The notes under the pieces are model-generated. The model searched no databases and was not told the origin of the DNA. It saw only the letters and a program-made list of their open reading frames with translations. Below, in pieces: positions 1 through 14,900 of a DNA stretch of 64,000 nucleotides (position 1 is its first letter; every line of letters starts with the position of its first letter). Location: assembly GCA_024679065.1 (NCBI GenBank), contig JAGIQG010000010.1:51212001-51276000 (forward strand), in the 5' to 3' direction. The position numbers and the translations under genes are program-made. The DNA comes from Sphyrna mokarran. Taxonomy: Eukaryota.

Positions 1-3000
1 ACCATGACATTCTTTACATTGCAATTATAAGCTTGAAATTTCTTTGTTGGGTACACGCTTTCTGTCTGCTTGTCTAAATAAAAATCCCTTGATATATGTT
101 TAAAGGAAAATATTGGCAGATCTGTTCACAATGGACAGGGTCTGCCAAGCTTAAGGTAGGCTGTGATTGTCAATAGCTTGCAACAATCCACTGTTAGAAG
201 TAAACATTGCCTTATGTCAATTGAACCAAACTTTTAACCCATGGGTAGCTACTTCCAGTTTTTACACTTGTGACATCAAAAATGAAGTGACCTTTCCATT
301 GGTTTGCTGCAGAAGTGTAGGCTTACTTGGCATCTAATTTCTTCTAAGATTAACTTCCTCAATTTTTAATTTTTCAAATTTTGTTAAAACAGCTTTTGGC
401 AGGGTCTGGGCTACTGCCTCATCACTCTGCAGGTTCAATTGCCTTGAGGTAGTTGCAGTACAGAATCTTGTTTGGCCAGGTGGGCTAAGCCATGAACCCT
501 CGTGCAATGCCGACCACTGTCGACCTCGGAGTAAAGCTTCATCTATAGAAGTCCCATCTCAGCGATAGACTAAATCTGTATTCGAATACTCTTCACACTA
601 GTAATTTGCCCTATCCCTTCCTTGGCTCTCAGCTTCTCCATAACCTGAGCTTGCACTGGGCCTCTAACCTCCTTACTCTTGCCACCAGTGACAACCAAAC
701 TTGATCCCCCCTCATCCCTATCACTTCATAACAAAGAAGAACTGCAGTAATGGATGTTGAATTCATGCTGATTTGGTCAGTATGCCAGATGTGGAACAAT
801 TGGTCTCAATAGTACAGGAACGGGAAAGGGGAAAAAGAGAATCAGCATTCCATTCATAATTTCTACCTAATGACTCTTGGAGTTAGGAGAAACAGAGCAA
901 TTGACAGAAAATGCTTTCACACAGCAATTTTAAATTTTCTGTATAACCTTCTATAATTTCTCATCAGGGATCCCCTCTTTTTTCTTGAGATGTAACTCTT
1001 GTTGGATGTAAAACTCGAACTTTCTGCATGCATTGCCTGTGAACTGCAAAGTTGTGCAAAAATCCAAATATGGGAGGTGCTTCCTGAGATACACTGTCTC
1101 TTTCAAAACTTTCCATAATTTATTTTTTCCCCAACTTTCTCAATGTGTTCTCATTTTTTCCTCTTTTTCCCCAGGCACTCAACATCATTCAAATATACCT
1201 AAAACACAGAATATGGGTGATCCCGATTAATGTTACAGTCCAGAGAGAAAATTGAAGTTGAAAAATGCTTTCAAGATTTTATTTTTAAATATAGGAAAAT
1301 GATCCAGAAACACATACACTGCTGCTGAATGTACTTTCTGCTTTCCCCAAGGACAATGAATACAAAACAAATACACAGAACAGTACAAAAGAAATACCTA
1401 GAATAATATTAGGATTGTCAAGTTCAAACTTTTTTTTTAAAAGACCATTAGATCAACTTTCACAATGTAAAAGCCAGGGTAACAAAAGTTCAATACAAGG
1501 TTTTCCAAACAACATGAACACATTTACTCTAAATGAAAAATCAAATAACCTCTACTAAATAACAAAGGATTCAGTGCCCGAGACACAGCAACTCAATTAG
1601 AAGCACCACTGACAGTTAGTTATCAGACCGAGTGGTTACTACCAATTATTAACATCGACCACTCGGTGCATCTAACATTGATTGAAAAATAGCTAATACT
1701 TACATGGCTTTAGATATACTAAGGTAGTAAATTAAAACACAAAAAGCAAACTGTATCCGCAGCCTTATATATTGTAGTATTTGCATACAAGTACTGTAGA
1801 ATGTAAATTTTCTGCCTCGTTTCACTGCTCTGCTATGTACTTTAATAAGTATAACTAGCTCAGTAAATAATTATCAAATTTTGTACAAGTCTTCATGGAA
1901 TTACATCAGCAAATTACCAAATCTTAAACTATATACACATAATTTATATGTACATTGCAGAAAATTAATATATTCTGAATTTAATTTGTTTACAAATTTT
2001 TATCAAATCTAATACAACTTGACTTAATTTATAGCTCATACAGATGAAAACATTTAAAAAATACTAGAAAATATATTACAAGGATTGGATTATGCCTAAC
2101 AACCAGAAAGGATTGCTGTTTACGAGCTGTAAAATAACTTAAAATTGGATCAGCCAATAATACTTATTGATGAGATGTTTTTCCATTAAGACAGAACCTA
2201 TTTTCATGACTTGAGTCTGATAAAATGATTTATCAATTGATTTTATGCTATAATTAGTTTCACATTTGAAATCAAAAGCAGAATTTTAGCACTTTCACAG
2301 TTTAAAATATGCATTTTACAGTAGGAAACTTTGATTTTTACTTTTTGAAAAAGTAAAAAAAAAAATCAGCATTATAACATAAAATACAAGGTAATTGGAA
2401 TAAACGTATGCATTACACAGGGAAGGGCAGCAGTGTAAATCTTAGCATAAAATAATTTAATAAATCATATTTGTGTACTTTCAAAATCATATGCTTGTTA
2501 TATAATACATCTATAGCATGCTTTGGACATCAGCTAATACCTTTTAGGCAAAGGCATAACTGTATCAAAAGATTTTAAGAACAGATTTTCATTGCAAAAT
2601 TTGAATCAGTTAAATCATTTTCAAAAAAGAGCAGGGTTAAATTAAAAGAGTGTACTTCCCACTTTGCACATACATTTTTTTTTAAAAAACAAACTCTTGC
2701 TGGAAATTTACAGAGCAATCAGTATCCAACATTGGTTAATGATAAAAAGAACATATTGAAAATTTTAATTTTCAGGTATGTTTTTCTTGCATTTTTTGAA
2801 ACACGACATGCTAAATTCAGGAGGGTCAAATGATTCTGACCTGTAATTGCCAAAGCTTTCCAGTACTGGCATTTGCTTTAGAGAATAGTGGAAGTTGGGT
2901 CATTGAATATATTCAAGGCTCAGATAGTGTTTTGATTTACAAGGGAGCCAGGGGCATGCAACAAAGTGGAGTTAAGGCCACTAAAGTCAGCCATGACTTT

Positions 3001-4327
3001 CCTGTATTTACAGCAGAGCAGGCTCAAGAGACCAAATGACCTTTCTCTACTTCTATTTTATATGTTCTTGGTCTTACGTCAGTTTGTTGAAGACTTATTG
3101 ATAAATGTTGATTGTTATGATGCATCTACAAAACTGGGAAATCAGATGAATTATGATATATGCATCTTGACACTATGTTCACAACCGCCCCTCCCAAGCT
3201 CAACAAATGAGCAGGTTTCTTGGAATTCTCAGCATTTAATCGTATTGCTGAAAAAGATACACATTCTGCTAAAATTTTTATCTTGCACTCATAGGATAGA
3301 CACAAGAATGCCAAATTTCAATGGAATAACCATTTATACCATTTGAGAAGTTGATGCTGATTGATTGGTCAAGACATTGCCATTGAGAATGCACCAGGGA
3401 ATTCAAAACAAAAGGCACAATGCTTGGACTGATTCCTTTTGTCTTCAAAAACAGGTCCCTTGTTATAAATGTTACTTGTGTTTGGTGAAAGTATCATTTG
3501 ACTGACTGAATCCCAAATTGCAGAAGGCGGCCATTCAGCCTATAGGGTCTTTACCGTTTCTCCAAAAGAGCATCTTTTATCTGGAATGGATGCCAAAACA
3601 GAGAGGCTGGAGGGGCAAATAGTGCAAGGGATAAGTGAAGCCGAAGGAACTCAAAGCTCAGATTATTTTCCTTCAAGCAGAAGAGGTCAAGGGGAAATTT
3701 ATGTTGTTCAAAATTGAGGAGAAACTGTTTCCAGTGACAGGAGTCAATACCAAATGACAGATTTAAGACAGATGGCAAAAAAGCAGAATAGATGAGAATT
3801 ATTTATTCAGCAAATTATGATATTTGGGTTCAAAACCGAATTGAATCCCTCACTGACAAAGTAAAAATTTACAGGGTTTTCGGGAAACTTCAGTGGAGGG
3901 GTACAAATCAATAGCTCTTCCAGATAATGAGACAGACATAGTGGGCTGAAAGACCTCTTTTAACTGCATTATTCTGAGGTAATAACATAATTACAAGACA
4001 GACCTTCAGGTTAATTTGTGAGCAAGACATGCCTGTAATTTCAAGTGGTCAAAGATTTTAGTTATTTTCAGCTTTCACTTATAGGAGTTTAGCACAACCA
4101 AAGTAGTTAAACTGTTGCATTAAAAACTTAACTCCATGCAGGAAAATGAATGCTTTATGAAACAAACTGATTTCAATCAGGTGTCACTTTAGTCTGTGTA
4201 TAATGGTATGTAGATATGTGATCAGCGCATTATACAGAGTTCTTGATCTCAGCCATTTTGCAAGCATAAATGATGTTTCACAAAGGGATCAAGGAGAAGA
4301 TTGGCAGAATTGTTGTCTAATTTTAGC

Positions 4328-4529
4328 TTATTTATTAGTGTCACAAGTAGGCTTACATTAACACTGTAATGAAGTTACTGTGAAAGTCCCCTCTTCACCA
4401 CATTCCAGCACCTATTCAGGTACACCACGGAAGAATTTAGCACTGCCAATGCACCTAAGCCGGGAATCAAACCTGAGTCCCTAGCGCTGAGAGACTTCAG
4501 TACTAACCACTGTGCCACTTTGCTGTCCC
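4328..4529 (-). mobile_element. tRNA-derived HE1/V-SINE-type SINE, internally deleted
   Basis: GTGGCACAGTGGTTAG head and ...TTAATGTAAGCCTACTTGTGACACTAATAAA tail. Confidence 0.75.
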
Positions 4530-5791
4530 ATTAAATAATACTGGTATATCCTCGAAGGCCAGGCAGACAATAATCAGCTGTTGCATGACAGAAGCAGGAC
4601 ACTGTAGATAGTATGAGACAATCAAAGCATTAAAAAAAGTAAATGAGGCTACAAGTGGAAATTGTGAAAAGGTTTGTAAGGATGGGATGGAGAGGATTTC
4701 ACAACTATAAACATTCATCCCAAAGGAACTCACCACAAAATCAAAATGGTGACTATGATTATTCCACACTGTCAAATGTGTTCAGCACAAAGTTCTATTT
4801 AATAGTCCAATGGAAAAGTGAATAGTAGAAAGTATAAAATACACACTCAATATACGCATGTAGACAAAGCAATACTGACTGACAGATAGCGATACAGACT
4901 GACAGCAATCAAGTTTAAATTGATACATGGCAAAATGCAAGCAACATGTGTCAGAGCTACCAAAGCAGTCCCATTTAAACTCAGCAATTGTGGAATGAAA
5001 CATCCATAGAATAAGGTGGTAGTAAATTTTAAACTTAACAGACTGCAATGCCTCCATAATACAAATGAGACTAAATTACTCTATGCTGATAAGTGAACAG
5101 ATTTGAACATGTCTAGCATATTGAACAAGTATATATAATTAGTTTCATCTGTATAAACAAATTACAGTATTAATTAGAGCTTATTTCATTAAATTATGGC
5201 AGACTCACAAGCCAAAATGTAGCCCTGAAGCAATTCTTTAATATACGCAATTAGAAAAATAAGACGACTATTTTGGGCTTAAATTTTCTATACAGAGCAT
5301 TATGATTTAAACTTAGTATAGATATATCAATTGCCTTTGGTTCTCTGAATTATCTTACTAGATGCAGCACAGGCACCATGGAATTAAGTCAACTGTGCAC
5401 ATTGCCACAGGTTTAATAACCCGTTTAAAGGCCTCATTCCAATAATCACAATATAGGTTCTTAAGTTTGATTGATAGTATTTTGTAATTATTAATGCCAA
5501 AGTGACAACTGAGAAAAAACAGGAATGTCTCAACCCATGTTATTCGTCCGTCACTCAAGGATAATCACAAATATAGTAGTGAAGTGTAAAAATTATGAAA
5601 ATTGTACTTCAGAGAAATTTTGTTTGAGTAAAAGATAACAGCAAATTGGTCGTATCTTTGTATGTTTGGTGGAGTTCTTAATATGTAGATTTCTTTGGAT
5701 TTTCTTTATACCCAATAACCTGCATTTGCAACGGTATCTTTCAAGACAACATCTTGAACCATATATTGACTTGTAAAGGAACAAAAATTTG

Positions 5792-5945
5792 TTAATTATT
5801 TTTTGCTGGCACATTTGGACTGTTCCCAAAGTCCACAGTGATGTTGGTGTACAAAGGAAGTTCTTCCTTGTGAAGCAAATTGTAGTCTATGGAATTCATC
5901 CCATCAGATCGCCATGAGCGGGATACCTTTACTACCATGTCAAAT
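5792..5945 (-). CDS. B4GALT3: B4GALT3-like terminal coding exon 6 (154 nt incl. TAA)
   Basis: Acceptor ttcacag|A. Encodes FDMVVKVSRSWRSDGMNSIDYNLLHKEELPLYTNITVDFGNSPNVPAKNN*. Confidence 0.93.
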
Positions 5946-8900
5946 CTGTGAAGGAATCAGATTCAAGTTTTACTGAATGCAGTTATTTAATTTGAGATAA
6001 GAAGTAGAACATTCTGCCTTTACTTACAAATATCTCTTCCAAATTAGGCATGTTCCTTTTGTAGCTATTGCCACTTCACTCTGTATTTGCAAATGCTTAA
6101 ATGAAAATGCAAACTCTTTCCAGAGTTCTATTAACTGTATAATTCATGATGGTGTGTTGGAATTAAGAGGCCCTTTGCCAAACAGGAGTTAATCCATTAT
6201 ATGCTTCATAATCCCTTTAAATCTAGATCCAAGCTCCACAGTCCTTTAATGAGCAAAATATCACTTTACTTGTTCAAAACAAAAAAAGGAGAAAGTCAAT
6301 TTTAAAATGGAAGACAACAAATACTGCTCACTTTTCAGTCCCAGCTGAAGGTTTGTAAAATCATATTATTGCTGCACAAAATATTTCGAAGAGCAACAAG
6401 AAGTTGAAAGTTGGAAACAGACTATTGGTTGCCAATGTGAAAGGAAAGATAAAAGTAAACTTTTTTTTTGTTTCTCTGCTCCTCCTCACATGACTAGAAA
6501 AAATTATTGCCTCTTCAATGGAGTACAATATGTACCATCACAAAATCTCATGTTAAAAAACAAATTGCAGTTGATGAGAAAAACTCCTAGAGCAAAGATA
6601 CCCAACAAAATATTATGTCTCTTTAAATATTCCAATCTAAATTACACTGTTGTGCTATTTGCTTCTCTTCACTATCTCCTTGCCCACACTGATTGCTGTT
6701 TATGTCCATCTGCACCCACAGCTTACACCTTTGCCCAACCAAATAGATACAAACTAAAAACAAAAACAAAACAAAAAAAACTGCTCAAAAAATCATGTAT
6801 TTTAACTCAATTTTAAATGCTAGTCAGATTTAATTTTTTTTTTAAATTCAGGAATTATTACAGCAAAGCTTCATTCATAAATTTAAATCACTTCTGAAAG
6901 TACCTTTTTTCATTTTTTTCATTACCCACATCCATACTGTGAGAGATCATTTTGTAATGTCCAAGCGAGAGGGGAGTTCGAATGATCTTCATTCCTGCTA
7001 AATAAATTCTAAATAAAAGTTGAAAAATTAAGATCTAGTTACAGGTAACAAATCTTAAATGGTTTCAATTGAATGATCAAACTGATTATTGGCAGCTTTT
7101 AGTCTAACAATGTCCATGATTTTTTCCTTTTGAGAGTTGTCGAAGATATGAAACTTACGGACATTATAAAATTTTTCCCTTTAATCTCCATGAGTATTTG
7201 TACTTTAGATAAAGTGATAGTCTAATTTAGGATTTAACTACCAAAGAGAGAACAATGTCGAGAACAATACCAATAAAATCTAAAAAAACTAACGTGAAGT
7301 ATTAGTACAGAAAGAATAATATTGGCTTTATTTCATGGACCAGACTGTCAGTGACTATCAGTTGTTTTTTTCATAATAGGCCAAATCTTCACCTGTAGTA
7401 TCACTTAGCCATTTGTTAATTTTGAATCTAAAACTGCACTCATGATTAGTGACAGAGCTCCTTTGGAATACCAACTTTACAAAAATAAGGTGTGCAGGAT
7501 TAACAAAATTATACAACCAGGATTAATGAAGAAATCCTACCTAGCAGAAATGTCATCATCTTCTCCACCCCAACCCCAATATGTGTTTGGGAAACCATTA
7601 ATCCTCAAGTATTGATCAGGAGTCAAAGCTGATACACCACCAAAATACATCTTATACGGAAGCCTGGAAAGGACATAAAAAATAGGCAGCACTTAGAGTT
7701 AAACTTCAAATTAAATTGAAAACCATATCTGTGGTTTCTCTGAAGGTACATAACAAGCTTCATAAGTATCCTACAGTTTGACCCAACATGGACCATTCAA
7801 TTCATAAGTGTATCACATGCCTAAAAAATGCAAAGCAATTTAGTCACTTGCAATGAGCTTTAAGATAGTGGAATCTTCCAAAGTTCTATCGATATGGGAA
7901 AATTGCAGAGCAACAATCTTATTCAAGAAAATGGTTAAGGACACTCCTACCAATTAAAAATCCATCAATTTAATTTCAGTTTGGGCAAAGGTATAGAAAC
8001 AACTTGGGAAAAATATAAATAAGCACTTGGGAGAAGTTTTAACAAATATTTATTTATTTTTCCTTCATTTACACACGTTTGTGTTGCTAGCATTTATTGC
8101 CCATCTCTAATTGCTCTTGAGGTGGTGGTGAGGTGCTTTTTTGAACTACTGCAATACCTGTAGTGAAAGTACACCTGGTGCTCTTAGGGAAGGAATTCGA
8201 GGATTTTGACCCAATGAAAGCAAAAGAACAGTGAAAGATTTCCTAGTCAGGATGGTGAGCCTTTGTCCTTTTAGATAGTAGTAGCTGCCTAAGGAGCCTT
8301 GGTGAGTAACTGCAGTTTGTCTTGTAGATAGTACATTCTGCTTCCACCATTTGGTAGTGGAGACAGCAAATGTTTGTAGAAGGGCTGCTTTATCCTGGAT
8401 GGTATTCAACTTGAGTTGATGCTGTACTCACCCAGGCAAGAGAAAAGAATATTCTAACTCTTGATTTGTGCATTGTAGATGGTAGATAAGCTTCGGGTAG
8501 CAAGGGGACAAGTTATTCACTGCAAGAGTCTTAGCCTCTGATCTGCTGTTGTCGCCACATCATTTATAAAGCGAGTTCCACTTAAGTTTCTGAACAATCA
8601 TAACCCCCAGGCTGATGGTGGAAGGTTCAGCGATGGTGATGGTTAGATTTTCTTGTTGGAAATAGTCATTGCCTGGCATTTGTGGCGTGAATATCAGTTG
8701 CATTCCTATGGCTATATTTTCTGGGGCTAAGGAATACAAGCTCAAGTCAGGATTGATGAAATATATATAGCTTAAGATATTAAACACTTCTGTGTAATTT
8801 AATTATACGTGTGCAACATCCACATTTAAAGAGTTCTTATTTTAATGTCAATCAGCTTAATATTTAGTTAATAATGTGGTGTCACCACAGGCTACATTGG

Positions 8901-11900
8901 AAAGGCAATACTTGCTTCATAATTCTCCAGTCTTGACAGAGATTCCCTCTACTAAGGTGGCCACAGGAAGTCACATGTCAGACTGATGGAAAATCCTCAT
9001 CAGAAATCCCTGCAATGGGGATTAGCTGTATAGCCTTTCTAGACTACATAAGCAGACCACTTAAGTCCTGCTAAAGCAGAAGTCAACTTGGTGAATGTGA
9101 CAAAAGTGACTTGGGAAGTAAAGAATTTCTGTGTGTGCATAACTGTTACTGACTTCAGATTGTACAGATCTGAAGAACTTTGATCTGTACGCAAACCTGC
9201 TTGGCAGTCTGACCTCCTTTGTCTGTGTTCTGACCTTGCCTCTACCTTGTCCCCCTAAAGGACTGTCACTTTATAAATTTTGAGTTGAGTTTTCTCTGGG
9301 AAACGGATTAGCTGCCCAGGTTTAAATAGAGATATACTGCATGTAAAGTTAAAAGAGAGCCAAGTGTTCAATTTTCTTTTTTGGTTTAGCTGATTATCTG
9401 AAGACCTTTAAATAAACATTTTTTGTAAATCATTATAATTAGTTACTCCTGAGTTTGAATACCTGTACATGAATTTATTCATAGCACTGGATACATGCTT
9501 GGGATATTTCTCATTGCAGATGTACAGATTGTGATCATTCTCTGGAATAAGGTCAACATCATGCAGAAACAGGCAGTCCCAGTCTTCATCCTTTAATGCT
9601 TCTCTCACGCCAACGTTAAGCAGCTTTGCTCTGTTAAAAGTACGATTTCCAGTCTGATGGATAAATAATTTTTATTTTATTTGAAAGCAAGACAATTAAA
9701 ATGTTGCATTTCAGCCATGTTATTCATACACCAGAAATGGTTTGTTATAGATAGATTAGTACATAAGTTGTAATTTAGGACAGTTTAGTTTTTTTTAAAA
9801 ATCAGTTTGGATTGAATTGAATATTCTGGATTGAACAGAAAAATGCAGGTTATTAAAATGCATCAAATTTGATTATGAATCAAAAATGTCTGCACCCATT
9901 TTATATTGAGATCCATTCATTTTCATGGCCATCTTTAAGAAGATTAGTTTAACAAGATTAGCTACAGATTGGAATCAACAATGAGCAAACATAAATCAGA
10001 AAAGCAATCATTCAAGCATGTGTGCTTGGTTAAAAAATTAAACCACAAGATCAAAAGGATTATGAACAGAACCACATAAACAAGGCAAAACATGCAAAAG
10101 TTAGCTTTGTCATAAGATTGAAAGTAATGTACCTCAGGCATAAAACAAAGCTATAACATTATAAAGCAGTAACAAAAATTTGGATAAGTTCATATTCAAG
10201 CCCTGTATTTTTCATGGTTCCATTCTCAAAGTTCTATATTAAAATGATATCATAAATTGCTTAGGTATGCTCAAAACTGCTATCTCCAAGTAATAGATTT
10301 ATGGGGTGGGAGGGTGTCACCAGATGTATGTGCATCAGCATGTGTATTTGATTAGAAAATTGTTTTCCAATTTAAAACATTATTATTTCAAAACTTATTT
10401 CATCAGATTGTTGACCTGAATTCAAGGCAGGAAGATATTAAAAGGTCTCACATCTGATGTTACGTACCACCAAGCGTCGCACATATATCAAAATATACTA
10501 TGAAAAGTTCTGTCCATAGAATACAGAAGTTAAAACTCTATTTCATTTTTAGTGCAGTCATGCTATTAGATGCTAAACAATATTATACGGCTTTAACTAC
10601 TTTGTTCTGCCTCTCTGCTTAAAATGTAAATTTACTAATGAAGGTGATTTTTATTAAAATCTAATATCCAAAGCCATAATTAAACACCCCGGATCAGGTG
10701 GACCACATGCAAACTTATCTGCTTTGTTCAGTTTTACAACACCGCTGGATCACCAAAATGAACGTTTCTATTTCCCACATTTGTTCCATACTTCAAAACT
10801 GCTAATTATGTTAATAGACCCTTTATGAAAAACAGTTATGTACATCGTTGAGAACTGGATCACAACTACTCCAAGCCATTGCAGTGGAACCACAGACAGC
10901 AGATGAAATATTTAACTATTCTGTGTAAACACATATTTTAGTGAGCATGTCAAAGTATTGGAGGGTGAATAGGGCAGGATTGCCAAAATGATACCAAGAA
11001 TAAAGAACTTCAGTGACATAGAGAGGTTTCTTTAAGAGCAGCAATCTCAAGTGAACATCCCATATGGGATGTTCAAAGTTAAAGGATCTAATAGCAGTTA
11101 ATCTTGGTTATTGTTTCCTCTGATTGGCATCTGGTTACCAATTCACACAGATTTAAAATAATTGGCCAAAAATACCAAAAGGAGAAATTATGAGCAGGAA
11201 AGAATCTTTCAATGTTTGGCAATATCAGGAAGATATTATTTAAAAGAGTAGTAAAAGCAGATTTCACAGGAAGTGTGTGTTTCGGACTACCTTTTTACAT
11301 TAGGATAAAACAGGAAGCCTTGGAATTGGGAGATGGTATGAAGTTGTATTGGACTCTGCCAAGCAACAGTTACTGTTGACAGGTGAACCTAAGTCATGAC
11401 TTACTGAAACCCAAGTGTTATGTTTCACACCAAAACACACACAAGCAAAAGGTTCTTGCTCTGGATAGACACTGACCTCCTGATAGTCTGGAGCTTTCAG
11501 AAGTTGGGAGTAATTTTGGGCAGATTTGTGTTAAGACTACAGGAGCGATCTTACCATTCTGTCCTGCTGGCCAGTGTGTGTGGCGAGCCAGTAAGATCAC
11601 GGAAGAGCCAAGAAATCAAGTTTGCTTCTGATTTCCTGTCTTTCACAATCTTATCGGCACTGGACATCTGGCAAGGTCAGTCTCACACCCATTTCTAGCA
11701 TGAGGCTGAATAATTCAAATAAAACTTTAATCTTATTTTGCATTGATTTGATGAACCCAAGATGACTTTGGGAAGGTCAGGGGCAAGGATATTACTGCCA
11801 GCCTGGCACTGCCCAGTGCATCATGCAGTGTCAAGGTGGTAGGCCTGCGAGGGAGACAGGGCCAGCATCACTCTGCATCAAGGATCAGTATAGTGAGGGA

Positions 11901-14900
11901 AGGGGGAGCTAGTGACACCCTGCAGTGATCAATGGTGAGATGGTTAGGCTGGCAACAAGGAGTCGATCAGTGTGGGCTGGTGGGGTAAGATGGGGGGGTG
12001 CGGTTTGCGATAAGTCATGGGCCCCTCTGGTAGGGGTGGGTAAGTGTGGACTGATGCTTTTTGTTTAGACTGGCTGAGAGCAGTATTAGCTGAGTAATAA
12101 GCCTCTGCTGCTAGAGACCTACACATGCACAACTATGCCCGCTGCTGCTCTTGGCCAGCATTCAGGCAACTTAAACCACAACCCCCTTTCCCTATGGGTA
12201 AGAAACTGTTTGAGATTCTCTTTTGCTCTTAAGTGCACAAGCGCAACAAAATGGATCATTTTCACATCCATCCTGGACTTGGAAATTTTTTAAAATAGTG
12301 CAAAGAGCACATCAAGTGCAAATGCAGTATGAATTTATAAGTGTGCTAAAATGTTAATAAAAATGGCTTTTATATAGAGTATTAATTGCCTACTAATTAA
12401 TGCTTAGGTGATACTGATGTGTTTGTTGCAGTAGAAGTGTTAAACTTTGAAATCTTGGGAGATTCTTTTAAATTGGATTTCTAAGTTATTACTCTCTACA
12501 TGAATTCTAATAAAATATGGCACAGATCAAGCTAAAAGGATCTTGCAGCACAAAAAGCCAATGAACCTAGATATGGAACAATGCCTACTACATTTATTGC
12601 AAATTTCCAATCAAAATTAACATTTATACAGGGCCTTTATCACAATGAAATAACCCAAAATACATCATAGAATGCATTACAGAATAAAGGACGATACTGA
12701 GAGAGAGAAAGAGAGAGGTACTAGATTAAGATGACCAAAAACCTGGTCAAAGAGGAAGGTTTTAAGGCATGTCTTAAAGGAGGAAAAATTAGGTAGAGAA
12801 ATGGAATGCTGTAAGAAAAAAATTACAAACCTTAATTCTAGGTAACTGAAGTCATTGATACAGCAATTATAATGAGAAATGCACAAGAGGCCACAGTTTG
12901 AAGAATGCAAATTCCTAATGATTCTAGATTGAAGGGGATTACAGAAATAAGGAAGGGCAAAACCATGAAGTGATTTGAAAATAATGATTAGAATTTAAAA
13001 ATCAAGACAATGCTCGACTGGGAATCAATTAAGTACAGTGGGGAAAGGTGGGGGAGGAGAAGAGGAGACAGGATTTGCTTTAAGTTAAGACATGCTTAGT
13101 CGTGCAGCTTTAGTATCATTCTAATCCATCTGCACCACATCTTCTCTCTGGCGGATACCTACAAAAAATAGCAACTGGTGTAGGCCATTTCATTCCTCCT
13201 GACTGTTTCGCAATTCAAATGAGCTCATGACTGATGTGTGATCCAACTTCATACCCATCTTGTTTCAAAGGTCTACTAATTTCAGTTTTAAAATTATCTT
13301 AATTAGCATCAATTGCCATTTGCAAAAGACTTGCAAACTTCCATTAACTTTCATTCTAACATTTAGTCTATGCCCACTATACATTCTCCAACTAGCAGAG
13401 ATTTTCTCTCAATTGCTCTATCAGTTTCCCCCGTACTAGCTTGAAAACCTCAATTAAATCAGCCAGTAACCTTGTAATTTCCATGGATTACAACTCTACT
13501 TTTGTTTAATATTTAATTGTAATTTAATTCACGTATCATTCTGGTAAATCTATACTGCACTCCTTTAAGATCAATGTATCCTTCACAAGATGCACTGGCC
13601 AAAACAGCTCTCAAATACTTCAGATGATGTGATCGAACCAGGGCTTTGTCTAGCTAAAACCTGACTTGAACCCCCTTGTATTCTAGTCTTCTAGATACAA
13701 AAGTCATCATTCCAGAAACACAAAATAGGAGCAAGAAAAGGCCATATGGCCCTTCAAGCCATCTCCGCCATTCAATATTACTGTTGATTATCCAATTCAG
13801 TAACCTGTTCTTGCTTTCCATCACCATTCTGTCTCCAAATAACCTTTGATCCCTTAGCGCTAAAAGCTATATCTAAGTCCTCTTTGAAAACAAATGTCTT
13901 GTCCTTAACTGTTTTCTGTGGTAGAGAATTCCACAGCTAACCATTCTGTGTGAAGAAATTTCTCCTCATCTCAGACCTCACATCCTTATACTGTGACTGC
14001 TGGTCTAGACTCCCCCACTATCAAGCACATACTTCCTGAATTTACCTTGTCTAATACTTATATAATTTTATACATTTCTATGAGATACCCCCATATTCCT
14101 TTAAAATCCAGCGAATATAATCTTAACTGACTCGATCTCTTCTCATACATTAGTCCTGCCATCCCAAGAATTAATCTGGTAATCTTTCACTGCACTCCCT
14201 CTATAACAACAGCATCCTTTCTCAGATAAGGAGATTAAACTGCGCACAATATTCTAGGTGTGGTCAATACCCTGCATAACTGCAGTAAGACATCTCTGCT
14301 CTTGTTCTCAAATCCTTTGTTATGATGGCTAACATAGCATTTGCCTACTGCACCTGCATGCTTACTTCCAGCAACTTGTACAAGAACAAGTCTCATTGCA
14401 CATTCCCTTCTCTCAATCAAGAGCTACAAAGATAATCTGCCTTCCTGTTTTTGCTATCCCCTCACATTTAACTGCATTATACTGCTTCTGCCACGCATTT
14501 GCCCACACATTCAACTTATCCAAATTATCTCTACATCCTCCTTACAGCTCACCCTCCCACTCAGCTTTGTGTCATCTGCAAATTTAGTATTACATCTAAA
14601 TCATTAATATATATTGTGAACAGTTGAAGTCCTAGCACTGATCTCTGCAATACCCCATGAGTCACTATCTGCCACTCCTCCTCTGTTTCCCATCTGCTAA
14701 CCAATTTTTTTACCTGAATACACTGCCCTCAATCCCATGCACTTTAACTCTACAAGTTAATTTCTTACATAGGACTTTGTTGAAAGCTTTCTAAAACTCC
14801 AAATAAACTTCATCTGCTGGTTCCTCCTCATTGACTCAACTAATTACATCCTTGAAGCACTCTAGTAGATTTGCCAAGCATGATTTTCTTTTCATAAATC

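Noticed and set aside
120-760. More GC-balanced stretch that looks faintly coding on the minus strand
   Set aside because: Stops occur in the frames I read and no motif was recognised; possibly an old retroelement remnant but not supportable.
2830-3346. Overlapping 69-126 aa ORFs
   Set aside because: No recognisable domain, non-ATG start for the longest, and no supporting splice structure.
7541-7663. Possible donor-specificity switch to a GalNAc transferase
   Set aside because: The position equivalent to bovine B4GALT1 Tyr289 is still Tyr (PYKMYFGG), and the DVD, WGWGGEDDD and KMxxH motifs are canonical.
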